Assembly: GCA_964016885.1 (NCBI GenBank)
Contig: OZ024740.1
Coordinates: forward strand, 199,206,001 to 199,270,000
Length of the DNA stretch: 64,000 bases
From: Eledone cirrhosa
Lineage: Eukaryota
Direction of reading: 5' to 3'
The first letter of the stretch is position 1. Each line of letters starts with the position of its first letter. Both the position numbers and the translations under genes were made by a program. The notes beneath the pieces are model-generated. The model did not search any database. It was not told the origin of the DNA and saw nothing but the letters and a program-made list of their open reading frames with translations. Positions 10,262 to 22,100 of the stretch are shown here, piece after piece.

Positions 10262-12960
10262 ATATTTTTTTGACCGGCCACCTTCCTGGTGGCAAGGTTG
10301 TTAAGAAAAGAAATTGTCTTCTCTTGAATCACAAAAATGTTTTGCAAATTTTGAAGGTGCCAGCTATCGCAACCATTTGTAGACTATGAATTAGGGAGCT
10401 GCGCTCTTTGTCCGCAAATGCAAATTCAGTCATACTTTGGGCCAAGCGGGTTGGTATATAACCCGTAGCTCCAATAATGATGGGTATTAGGCTAAAGGTG
10501 TATCTTGGATACTGGATTTGTAAACTCCTCATCAATGGTCCGTAGATGTCCTCCATCTCCTGTATTTTTCTGACAACGTTTACATGAAGTGGGCAGAACA
10601 CGTTTTCAATGTGTGGTCCCAAACAACAATATCAGGCCGGTTGTGCTTTAATTTGGTGGCAGTTTTTATTTTCAGGATCCACCAGTATTCCTTATTGCCA
10701 TCTGTCTCAATATATTCTTCCTCGTTTGTTGTTTATTTTGTTTTCCGAAGTGGGTTCCAGATGGTTCTAGCTATCCTATCGTGTCTCATGGGGAGGTAGT
10801 AGCGAGATGACATTCTTTCGCAGCTAGCAACAATGTGGCTTAAATCCTCGATCTTTGTTTTACATAGCCTACATTTATTGTCAGATGATGGCCCTCACAT
10901 TTTGTGCAGCATATATTTGGTAGGGAGTTCTTCTTCCTGTATTGCATAGAGATATCCCTCAAGGATGTCATAAACTTGTCGGAACTCCATACCAGGCTTT
11001 TTGAGTTGTTTATCCATGCACAACTTTTTCTGTAAATTGGTCCATTTTTTCATCTTGTTTCACCATAGAATAGGATCTTCCGATTTTTCTGGGTGAGAGA
11101 TTTATATCAGGCTTTATTCCATATCTCTCCTCCATATTACTGGCTATTCTAATGATATTTTTTTTTCATGCTCATAAACCTGGGCAAGATGGTTGCCAAC
11201 CTTTTTCCTCTGTTGAAGATGTTGCTTCAGTGTTACTATCCGGGTCTCATATGATGTTAATATGGATTTTAGACCCCGGCCACCTTCCTTGCGTGAGAAG
11301 TATAGCCTATCCACATCACCATTGATGTTAAAGTTCCCAGTAACACTGAGAAGTTTGCGAGGTCTAACATCCATCTCAATTAGTTCTTGCAATGACCAGT
11401 CCAGCAGGCCAAATGTTGGCGTTAGAATTGGCGCAGCATAAGTATTGTGGGCAATGTATTTGTTGTACGCTGACAGTTCTGATGACCATATTTTCTTTAC
11501 TTTTCTGAGGTATTCAGTTCTGGTTCTCTCCTTATTTATGGGTCCATCACATCTGACATTCTCATCCTGTCCAAGATATCTGTAGTTGTCACCTGACTGT
11601 AGAGGTTGTATTGTCAGGCCGTTCATCTCTAGATTTCTAGAGGAGGGCACAACTCTTCCACGTCTTACTGCCAAATATGCACATTTCGACTCACCAAATT
11701 TAATTTTGATGTATGTTGAAAATTCTGTAATGAGGTCCAATTGTTTCTTGATGTCATTGATAATTGGCCCATACAACTTCAGGTCATCAACAACGAAAAG
11801 ATGGGAGATACTTCTGAACCCATTTCTTTGTCCACGTTGTTTCCTGAGTAGGTAAGATAGTGGATTTAGTGAGAGAACGAAGAGTAGCACTGACAAGCTA
11901 TCACCCTGAAAGATGCCCTTCTGGTAATGTATCTTATCAGTCTTAACTTGCTCCTTCTCACCTCTAAGGATCAAATAGGTGTACCAGTTCTTGGTCAGAC
12001 GTTCAACAGCAGCTACCAGTGGTTGTGGGACTTTGGCTAACAGTAAAGCCTTAACAATCCACCCATGAGTTACACTATCAAATGCTTTTTGATAGTCCAG
12101 CCACACCACAGTCATGTTTCTGCGATTCGTTGTTGTTTTTTCTTGAATCATTTTATTAGTTAGTAGGTGATCTATGCACCCCCACACCTCCCTCTTTCCA
12201 CCAGCTTGCTCAGGTGTTATGATGTTGTTGGTAGCACAGTGATCCTGTAAGAACAGGTTAAGGCACTCAGTATATCATTTATACATGATGTTTTGGCAGG
12301 CTATTGGGCGGTAATGTTTAGCATGTGTGGTTTGGTTATTTTGTTTAATGACGAGAGTAGTGGCAGTTAATAACCATCTGGGCAGTTCTTGTGTGCCTTT
12401 AATGGTTTCTGTAAACAGCCGTATGAGATCTTGCCGATAGAAAGTGAACATCTTCAACCAGTATCCTGTAATGAGGTCTGGGCCTGGTGATTTCCTATTC
12501 GACAATTTCTGTAGAGCTGTTTCCAGCATTGACCCATTTATGTTATATTGTTTTGTCTGGACATGTTGGCAGTAGTCCTGTTCCAGTTCTTTTAGCCAAT
12601 TAGTTTGTCTGTTGAATCCGTCATCCGTTTCCCATACAGATCTCCAGTAGCTCTCAACCTGTTCTTTTGAAGGGGTGTCATTTACAGAGATTGAGCTTTT
12701 GCCACCGAAGCTGCGATAAACTGATTTAGGATCTCTGGCAAACAATCTATTTAGCACTTGTTTATATGCTGTTGACTTATATTTTAGGATAAACTGATTT
12801 AGGATCTCTGGCAAACAATCTATTTAGCACTTGTTTATATGCTGTTGACTTATATTTTAGTCTTTCTGTTGTAGCTGTGAGTTGTTTCAACTGGTGTAAT
12901 TTGTAGTTTAAAGTTTTAAATTTTGTATCTCCAAATCGTCTATCTAACCTTTCTTTTTGT
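10262..12960 (-). mobile_element. Decayed R4/Dong-type RLE non-LTR retrotransposon
   Basis: ORF pieces KSPGPD, YRPIACQN, WLDYQKAFDSV, GIFQGDSLS, FVVDDL, YRYLG, DVDRLY..RKEGGRGL, IPIIIGATG; frameshifted. Confidence 0.92.
12715..12860. repeat. Perfect 73-bp tandem duplication inside the decayed R4/Dong ORF
   Basis: 12715-12787 is identical to 12788-12860 and shifts the frame. Confidence 0.93.
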
Positions 12961-13075
12961 ATGTATTTCCGTATATATGTAGGTATGGATGGATGGAAGG
13001 ATGGATGGATGGAAGGATGGCTGGATGCATGGATGATGGATAGATGGAAGGAGGGTGCGGTGGATGGATGGAAGG
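12960..13075. repeat. (ATGT)/(ATGG)n microsatellite
   Basis: Direct reading. Confidence 0.9.
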
Positions 13076-13234
13076 GCTCGTAATACCTGGTAGAGTTGTT
13101 GGGGCGCTGTAATGGCATACGGCATTTCTTGGATCCTTTGTTTAAATATGGCAGACTCCACCTTATTTCCAGATATGAATACATACTTCATATATGATTA
13201 CTTACTTGAAAATCGTATGAAATTTGGAAAATCA

Positions 13235-13930
13235 ATCATCAGACTTGGCTGATCCTGAACAAGCATTTGACAGCCCACCTGCGACAGTGAAGAGCGCAGA
13301 AATCTACATTTGACCTATAACAAGAACTCTCAAAAAAGAGAACAGCAAATTGTTAAACAATAGTAAATCTAAATAAAAATCAACATCAAAAGTGATATTT
13401 TTCAGGGAGATTCTCTCTCAGAGTTGCTTTCCTGTATTACGCTAGCACTACACATAACTTTACTATAAAACAAGAAATATGGTGATGAAACAAAAAGTAA
13501 CACATTAACTAATCCGTTTGATATGGATGATCTGTGAATATTTACTAAAAAGAATACCCAAATATTTGGCCGCATTGTAAAATGTTTCAGTGGTGACATT
13601 AAAATGGAGTTCAAACAAGACTGATATGGTTACCGTAACATCATACACTGAAACGTCACTGAAAGCGAAGATCTTGATCAAGAAGGCACATACATGTTCC
13701 TATGTGAGAATGAAAGACATGATGTAGTAGTCTCCGTCGTGATAGAGAATATTCAGAAATCTTATTACACGGGCGTACGTATGCATAAATCTTTAAATTC
13801 ATTTGAAGTTATCAATACTGTGGCTATACCTATAGTACCGTACAGTTGCAAAATCATAAACTGAATTATGAGTGAAACTAAAAACCTCTATATTAAAGCA
13901 ATAAAATACTGACAATAGACATGAGAATTC
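13235..13930 (+). pseudogene. Heavily decayed R4/Dong-type RT fragment
   Basis: QAFDSPP, NIKSDIFQGDSLSELL, MDDL, CFSGDIKMEF and DQEGTYMFL are collinear with the intact ORF at 15424. Confidence 0.7.
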
Positions 13931-14059
13931 ACCTGTCAACTGCGCCAGATTCAGTTTTGGTCATCACAGAAAGGGGTAGATGTAAAAGACAAACTCGCTT
14001 TATTGAATTCGGTATTCGTGATCACCCTTTTTTATGGTCTTAAATCGTCGGTGGCACAA

Positions 14060-14317
14060 GTAATACAATCGCAAATACAAACGGCCTAAATGGGATACTT
14101 TTGAGGTGTTTTAGGAGTGACGTTACTAGATAGAGGTCACTGCTCCGATACTGCGGACATGTAGTTAGAGTATCTCATGAGAGAATCGTTGGACAGATTT
14201 TACGGCAAAACCAACCGACAGGAGACCCAGGGGTAGACTCCTTCGAGCAAGATGGTTGGATAAGATCCATGATTTTGGCTGGTCTTGCTTTGGGACCCAA
14301 TCGGATCAGAGACGGAA

Positions 14318-14318
<1 letters not shown>
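14060..14318 (+). mobile_element. RTE-clade LINE 3' fragment followed by (TAA)n at 14319-14370
   Basis: RSLLRYCGHVVRVSHERIVGQIL, then KPTDRRPRGR..RARWLDKIHD. Confidence 0.7.
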
Positions 14319-14371
<53 letters not shown>

Positions 14372-14659
14372 GGGAAGAAGACGCACGAGGTGACGGAGGT
14401 CATGAAATCGCTCCCGTAAGTTTTGAATTTTTAACATATTTAAATCATTTGTGAAATAACAACTCTTAGTACAAATGCTACGTAAAGCACCCGGCTTGAG
14501 CCCCAAAAAATTCGGACCCAAAATATATTGTTATAAGGCTCAAATATTCAAATATTCAACTTTGTATTGTACACTGTATATCCAAAAAAGAAAATGGCTA
14601 TAAATGGAAGAAGAACCCCCCCCCCCCCCCCTCCTGCTCTGTCTACACTATATAGAACG

Positions 14660-14945
14660 GCCAAACTCACCAACACCAGAAACTAGATACACCACCCACC
14701 CCATCACCTGTGTACACTAAACCACCACCGCTCACTACGGCCATCATTACAACCATTATCCCATCACCGCCGCCACCACCCCTTCACTCCTTCACTGCTA
14801 CCACCGCTACAGCACCATCACTACAGTAATACGGTCACATCACCGCCACCACTGCTTCGGTATCGACATCACCACCACCACTGTCTCAGTATCGCTACCG
14901 CCGCCAGTCTCCCACTTCTTCCTGCTGGCTGCTGCCACCACATTA
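14660..14945. repeat. (CAC/CAT)-rich degenerate trinucleotide low-complexity tract
   Basis: Direct reading. Confidence 0.8.
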
Positions 14946-15239
14946 TAGAATCCTTACTGCTAAAAAAGAGGAAGGCATCAAAATATATAGATAGACTCAA
15001 AAGAAAAAAGAAAAAACAAACAACAAAACCAAAGCAGCACAGCAACAACAGCAAAAAACGAGAAAAACAGAGAAAAACAAAAACAAAAACAAAAAAAAAA
15101 ACCCAAAACGTAAAGAAAATAAGAATGAAGAGAGAAGCAGGCGGACGGACAGAGAAGAGGGGGGAAAAACTAAAACTTAAAAAACAAAAACTAAGTCAGA
15201 CATTCGAACACTACATTACAATGAAACTTATGCTTATTC

Positions 15240-18200
15240 ATTTTTGGGGCCCTTTCTGCCTGTGTGTTTGTTTGTTTATGTGTGTTCGTATACAGCGTGG
15301 TGATAATGCCACACAAGGGCCAAGTGGAATGGCGGATCCACAGATGGATATGTAACCATACATTCGCCAATCCTCGATAAGAGTGTTTAAATATCGAACA
15401 TAAACAGTTCGAATAACGGTGAAATGGAGACTAGAACGTCATGTGACAGACTCTCACCCAACAGGTGCCCCCTGGCTCACCAGCAGGAACCTGACTGTCA
15501 ACCAAATACTGCTGATGTTGGAGGAAGGAGAAGAAGGAAAGGGGCCAGAACCAACTGGACGAAAGAATTGAATAGAACTGTTATGCAATGTTACCTGAAA
15601 AGTAACCCCAAGGAGAGGGGCTACAGGAGACGGATGCATAACATCTGGAACGAGATTGGTTTATTTAAATTAGATGAACAAAAATTGGCCGGGCAGGCTC
15701 GGGTAATAAGAACTAATGGATGGATAAGCGAGCTGGAACAGGAGGAACTGAGCAGAGAGAATGGCTTGGAGATGGCGGGTGTAGTATGCCAGACAAGCGA
15801 GCCAGTGGGAAATGAAGGTGAAGAGGTCCTGAGAACGGAGGAACCACCCGAAGCAGACAATGATCTGAATACTGAGATACATAATACCTGGAACAGAGAT
15901 ACGGCCACTGAGGAGATGAATGCTGACGGGCTAGGACAAGATTCGGTTGACATCCTAAATTTAGTGGTAGATGAATTGAACAATGATAGTGGGAGACCTA
16001 TGAACCTAAGATTTGTAGACAGGAAAAAGTTAAAAGAAACAACAGCTAAGGTAAACAAAGTCATCCCATACCTTGAGGCGAGGAGCCTTCACCAGTGCAA
16101 CAATATCCTCAAAGCAACAGCAAATACGGTGAGGAAACTACTTGGTATAAAAGCGAGAGGAAACAACAGACAAGAAAGAGCAGAGCCGTGGTGGAAGAAG
16201 CGACTGAGTGGGCAAATCGGGGAAATGAGAAATGACATAGGAAAGCTTGAGTCACTACTGAATGGGACACTAAAAAACATAGGCACTAAAAATAGACTGG
16301 AAATAAAATACAAAACTAGGAGGAAAAAGCTAAATATTATCATAGAGGAACTGAAGCAACGCATTTTAGCAAAGAGTGCAAAAATCAGGCGATACGAGAA
16401 CAGAGTCAGTCAGTATAAACAGAACCGCATGTTCGACAACAACCAGAAGATGCTGTTTGGACAGCTTGAGGGGAAAGAAAGAGGCAACGACTTGATCCCT
16501 GGGGCGGAGCAAACTAAAACATTCTGGAGAGGAATATGGGAGCAGGATGTTAGACACAATGCCCAGGCAGGGTGGATTGAGACAGTACAGAGGGAGATCG
16601 GTGAGCAGGCACAACAACAAACTGATTTGAGTATCACAGTTGAAACTCTTAAGGGGCAGGCCAAAAAACTAACCAACTGGAAATCACCAGGCCCAGATGG
16701 TGTGCAGGGGTATTGGATTAAACATTTAACATCCCTCCACCCGAAGCTGACGGCCATGTTCAATGACTGCTTGGTGTCGGGTGAGGTACCAGAGTGGTTG
16801 ACAAAAGGTACCACAGTTCTGATAATGAAAGACCGAATCAAGGGTAATGATGTTACCAACTATAGACCTATCACATGTCTGTCCGTAATGTGGAAACTGT
16901 TGACGAGCATTGTGTCTGAGGAAATCTACCATCACCTCCACACAAACAACTTGTTACCGGACGAACAGAAAGGATGCCGAAAGAAGTCACGTGGTACAAA
17001 GGACCAGTTACTTATTGATAAGATGGTAATGGGGAATTGCAGGAGGAGACACACTGATCTTGCCATGGGATGGATAGACTACAGAAAGGCATTTGACATG
17101 GTGCCCCATTCCTGGATCACCAAAAGCATGGAGATCTTCAGGGTGGCAGATAACATCAGACAGTTGCTAGGCAGGAGTATGGGGTCCTGGGAGACAGAGT
17201 TGACATCAACTGGAGTATCCTTGGGAAGCGTGAAGATCAAGAGAGGTATCTTCCAGGGAGATAGCCTATCCCCTCTGTTGTTTGTCCTTGCCCTGATGCC
17301 CTTGACCATTATGCTGCGAAAAGTGAGAGCAGGATACAAGTTGGGAAGGGGAGAGCTTACCATCAATCACCTCCTCTTCATGGACGATCTTAAGCTCTTC
17401 GGGAAAAGTGAGAAGGAGTTGGATGTGCTTGTTGACACTGTCCGTATTTTCAGCAGTGATATATGTATGCAGTTTGGTATTGGTAAATGTGGAGTCATTG
17501 TGATGAAGAGGGGTAGGTTGAGCAGAAGTAACGGGATCCAGATACCAACAGGTGAGATGATAAAGGAAATTGACTCGGAGGAAGGATACAAGTATTTGGG
17601 CGTTCTGGAGGCTGATGGCATAAAGAACAAAAAAATGAAGGAATTGTTAAGAACTGAATACATTCGGAGAGTAAGGAGCGTATTGAAGTCACATCTGAAC
17701 AGCAGAAATGCCATAAGCGCAGTGAATTCCCGAGCTGTGTCTATTATTAGGTACAGTGCGGGAATTCTGAGATGGAATGTTGCTGAACAAAAAGAAATGG
17801 ATAGGAAGACTAGGAAGCTATTGACTATCTACAACATGTTCCACAAGAGGAGTGATGTCGATAGACTCTACCTAAGGAGATCTGAGGGTGGAAGAGGTCT
17901 TATCAGCATAGAGGACTGTGTTCAGATGGAGAAAAACAACCTATACAAATACGTGACCTATAGTAAGGAGCCAATGCTCAGAACTGTACTGAAGGAGGGG
18001 ACAGTAGGCCAGGGGATGTCCAAGGAGGAAATAACATCAAGGAGGAAGAGCAGCCTTAAGGGAAAATCCCTTCATAGTACCTTCTTTGAGAAAACTGAAT
18101 TTAGAGATCCACAGACATGGAACTGGTTGACAAGAGGAGACCTCAAAAAGGCTACAGAAGGAATGCTAATGGCTGCGCAGGAGCAGGCCCTCAAAACGAA

Positions 18201-18915
18201 GTGGTTGAAGCACCATATCTACAAGGAGGAGGCTAGCCCACTGTGCAGGATCTGTGGAGAGAGAGAGGAGACTGTGGCTCACATTGTGTCCGAGTGTAAA
18301 CACCTAGCCCAGACCCACTATAAGGGCTGGAGACACGATGTGATGGGCAGGGTGATCCACTGGCACCTGTGCAAAGTAAACAATTTACCACATTCTGAGA
18401 AATGGTATGAGCATAGGCCAGAGGCGGTGATGGAGAACAATCAGGTGAAGGTGCTGTGGGACTTTAGGATACAGACGGACAAAAAACTGGAACACAATAG
18501 ACCTGACCTGGTGGTTGTGGACAAAGAAAAAAGATCGTGTCTGATTGTGGATGTGGCCTGCCCGTTCGACACGAGAGTGCAAGAGAAGGAGAGGGAGAAA
18601 ATTAACCGATACCAGGACCTAAAGTGGGAGGTGAAAAGGATTTGGAACTGCCATGAAGTCAAAGTGATCCCGATTGTCATAGGCGCACTGGGGACTATCT
18701 CCAAAAGTTTCCAGGTATGGTTAAAGAAAATCGGCCCCTTCACGCTTTTTGGAACGCTTCAAAAGGCATGCTTGCTTGGAACAGCAAGAACCCTCCGATA
18801 CGTCCTGAATATCTGAGGCTGCAGGTAGTGGCTTGATATTCAATCCAACGGACTTTCCAGTTAACCAACATCAATGACTGAGATTCAAGGAATAACAACA
18901 ATAATAATAATAATA
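15240..18915 (+). mobile_element. Apparently full-length R4/Dong-clade non-LTR retrotransposon with (TAA)n tail
   Basis: Single intact ORF, ~75-nt 3' UTR, then aataacaacaataataataa; 5' boundary approximate; no convincing TSD. Confidence 0.9.
15424..18816 (+). CDS. 1130-aa RT plus CCHC zinc knuckle plus restriction-like endonuclease (R4/Dong type)
   Basis: N-terminal WTKELNRTVMQCY..RGYRRRM..IW; PWWKKRL; KSPGPDG; NYRPITCL; IDYRKAFD; GIFQGDSLSPLLF; FMDD; YKYLG; CRIC...HIVSEC; RHD; RPD...IVDVAC...EKINRY; no stops. Confidence 0.96.
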   Translation: METRTSCDRLSPNRCPLAHQQEPDCQPNTADVGGRRRRKGARTNWTKELNRTVMQCYLKSNPKERGYRRRMHNIWNEIGLFKLDEQKLAGQARVIRTNGWISELEQEELSRENGLEMAGVVCQTSEPVGNEGEEVLRTEEPPEADNDLNTEIHNTWNRDTATEEMNADGLGQDSVDILNLVVDELNNDSGRPMNLRFVDRKKLKETTAKVNKVIPYLEARSLHQCNNILKATANTVRKLLGIKARGNNRQERAEPWWKKRLSGQIGEMRNDIGKLESLLNGTLKNIGTKNRLEIKYKTRRKKLNIIIEELKQRILAKSAKIRRYENRVSQYKQNRMFDNNQKMLFGQLEGKERGNDLIPGAEQTKTFWRGIWEQDVRHNAQAGWIETVQREIGEQAQQQTDLSITVETLKGQAKKLTNWKSPGPDGVQGYWIKHLTSLHPKLTAMFNDCLVSGEVPEWLTKGTTVLIMKDRIKGNDVTNYRPITCLSVMWKLLTSIVSEEIYHHLHTNNLLPDEQKGCRKKSRGTKDQLLIDKMVMGNCRRRHTDLAMGWIDYRKAFDMVPHSWITKSMEIFRVADNIRQLLGRSMGSWETELTSTGVSLGSVKIKRGIFQGDSLSPLLFVLALMPLTIMLRKVRAGYKLGRGELTINHLLFMDDLKLFGKSEKELDVLVDTVRIFSSDICMQFGIGKCGVIVMKRGRLSRSNGIQIPTGEMIKEIDSEEGYKYLGVLEADGIKNKKMKELLRTEYIRRVRSVLKSHLNSRNAISAVNSRAVSIIRYSAGILRWNVAEQKEMDRKTRKLLTIYNMFHKRSDVDRLYLRRSEGGRGLISIEDCVQMEKNNLYKYVTYSKEPMLRTVLKEGTVGQGMSKEEITSRRKSSLKGKSLHSTFFEKTEFRDPQTWNWLTRGDLKKATEGMLMAAQEQALKTKWLKHHIYKEEASPLCRICGEREETVAHIVSECKHLAQTHYKGWRHDVMGRVIHWHLCKVNNLPHSEKWYEHRPEAVMENNQVKVLWDFRIQTDKKLEHNRPDLVVVDKEKRSCLIVDVACPFDTRVQEKEREKINRYQDLKWEVKRIWNCHEVKVIPIVIGALGTISKSFQVWLKKIGPFTLFGTLQKACLLGTARTLRYVLNI

Positions 18916-19133
18916 ATTATTATTATTATTATTAATAGACAATGTAAAACCTGGTTTCTGTTTCTGATACTCGTTCCACCGGCGGATTGGCCTATCGGGC
19001 AACCGGGCAAATGCCAGAGGGCCGGTGCTGCTGCGAAATCTTTTAACAATATGTTGGTTACTGACTTGCAGTGTGGCCGGCCTGCCTGCATGCCGAAGAA
19101 TGTTAGTACTATGTTGTGTAGCATGGTCATTGG

Positions 19134-22100
19134 CAGGGCCGGCGCTACTGTTAGGCGAACTAGGCGCTTGCCTAGGGCGCAGGATTTAGAGGGGCACAAA
19201 AAATACTACAAATGAAAAACTTATTATGATATAATAATTATTAAAAAGTTATTTACTATAGTTATTTTTATAAAAAATTACAATAATAACTTATTTTGTT
19301 TTAATGTGTAGCGTACATAAATTCCCCCTCGAATTCGTAGAAACTGAATGCTTTCGAATTCTCGGAAAAAGGTAGCGTACATAAATTCTGCATCGAATTC
19401 GTAGAAACTGACTACTTGCGAATTCTCGGAATATTGGCTGCTGCTGATTTTCACACTGATTGAACTTACTGACAAACTGACCAATCGCGACCAGGCGCGG
19501 ATCTTCAGTGCAACAGAAAGTCTTACCACTGGAAGACACGCATATTAGTCGTTCCCAACATGTATTTCGTTCAACAGATAGTTCTCAAACGAGAACACTG
19601 GATAATCTGCTGTCTTCACCGAACGACTTGGTTTCGACTATAATCCAACAAATCTCTATGTAACATTCATATAGAAAATACGACGTCTACAAACTGTCAA
19701 CAACTAACCAAGGTAATCTTGTGTCCTACGCATACACCTTATAAACCTTGCCACACAAATATGTATTTCTTTGATGACATCTGTAAACACACTTGGAGAA
19801 TACGTTCATACAATAAATATATGTTCAAAAATACTTTGACTAGATTTGGTTGTTCCAATACAAGTAACGTTTAACGCAGCCTAAAGCTATTTCTAATTTG
19901 GAGTCAAACAAGATAGTAAAATAACCAAAACCACGCATTTTCTATACTGGCTAATATACTATATTGGATGTTATGGTTCATTCACTACAATGGCAATTTT
20001 CTATAAATGTATTGATATGTGAAATGAACATTTAAAAGTTCATGTACTTTATTTTTTTATTATAATTTACCATATTAACATTTTTATTTAATATATATAA
20101 AATAATATAATTTAAATTAATATGGCTTAATAATAATTTGTTAAAAATTAATTCTTTTTATCAGATGATATAAATAATTCATTTAGGGATGAGGATTGGA
20201 ATAAGGACAAGTTATTTTTAGTATATCATATTGCACTAAACTATTATTTTTTTAGCATGGCAGACAGTAAACGTCCATCTGGTGCTCAGTATCGCAAACG
20301 CAAACTTGAAAAAGAAAGGGAACTTGCAAAGCAAAAAAGAATATTTTTAAAATACCTTTGCAAAGGGAGAGAGACTGAAGGTGATGATGATGATGAAAAT
20401 AACTCTATTTCTGTTTCTATTGATGAATTCTATGATGTAAGTATCATACAGCCAGGAAATGAAGATATCTTTGATGAAAGACATGAAAATTCAGAAACAG
20501 AGTGTAAGGATGATGGATCAATCGAAAATGAAGTTTTAAATCTAAGTTACAGTGATCCTGCCACCTGGCAAAAAAGTGTAATGATAATGTTAGAAGGCTA
20601 CTAGTTCAACATGGACAGGAACAAGTTAAAAATGTAAAATTTCCTAAAGATAAGAATCGGAGAAGATTTTCAAACATTCATTATACTAGAAAGTTAATTA
20701 ATGGTGAATAAATTAATCGTAATTGGTTACAATATTCAGTAGTACAAGACTGTGTGTTCTGATTTTGCTGTAAATTGTTTAGTAAAAAAATAGCTAGTCT
20801 ATCAACTCTTGCAGTACATGGATCTGCAGATTGGAAAAATATGTCAGCTATACTATCATCTCATGAAACATCAACTGAACATTTTGAAAACTTTAATAAC
20901 TGGACATAATTGGATTTGCGATTAAACAGAAATGCAACAATTGATGAGGAAAATGCTCGTCTAATAAAGCAAGAAGAACAATATTGGAAACATATTTTAG
21001 AACGTTTATTAGCTTTAGTTCGGACACTTGGTGCACAAAATTTAGCCTTCAGAGGATCTGTTGATAAACTGTTTACTGCTGGACATGGAAACCTTCTTAA
21101 GTTTGTAGAATATCTTGCTCTGTTTGATCCAATAATGAAAGAACACTTGAGAAGAATTAGAGATAATGAAACCCACATACATTACCTTGGTAAAGAAATG
21201 TAAAATGAACTGATACAGCTATTGTCAAATGCTATTATACATGAAATAGTAAAGTCCTGTCAATCAGCTAAATATGTTTCAATTATACTGGACTGTACTC
21301 CAGATGTAAGTCACACAGAACAGATGACATTGGTAATAAGATTCATTGATATGCGAATGGATGAAGTCAAGATTCGTGAACAGTTTTTGACATTTATTAA
21401 ACTGAAGGAAACTACTGGTGCATTTATGTCTGAATGTCTTCTCCAAAAATTGGAAGAACTCGGGTTACCTATGGTAAATATACTTGGACGAGGCTATGAT
21501 AACGGGAGCAACATGAAAGGCAAACATAGTGGAGTTCAACAAAGAAGTCTAGACCTTAATCCTGGTGCCTTTGTTCCTTGCAGTAGCCATTCACTAGATT
21601 TAGTTGTGAATGATGCAGCAAAACGTTGTCTAGAGGCCACTCGTTTCTTTGATATATTGCAACGTATTTATGTGTTTTTTCAAGCGCAACCTATCGTTGG
21701 GAAGTTTTGATGAAACGTGCCAACTCTAACAGTAAAACGTTTGAGTGATACACGATGGGAGAGTCGTATTGACGCATTGAAGCCTCTGCGTTACCAGCTT
21801 GGCCCCGTGTGTGATGCACTAACTGAACTAGCTGATGATGCTAATCTCACTGGATCATCTGGTAATACAACACAATGTGGTGCTGAAGCCCTAGCAAATG
21901 TTATATCAAATTATAAATGTATTGCTTGCCTTGTTTGGTACAATATTGTATTTGAAATTAATATACCAAGTAAATTACTGCAAGAAAAAGACTTTGATAT
22001 TCAGGCTGCACTTCAGCAGTTAAAACAAACAAAATCATTTCTTGAAAATAGCAGAACAGTTGAAGCATTTCAAAGAAATTTGGTTGATGCTTCATTCGAA

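Noticed and set aside
15454-18743. Multiple minus-strand ORFs over the R4/Dong element
   Set aside because: They are antisense shadows of the long plus-strand ORF and have no motifs of their own.
15217-18952. acaatgaaac versus acaatgtaaaac as a TSD of the R4/Dong element
   Set aside because: The match is short, imperfect, AT-rich and not directly adjacent to the tail.
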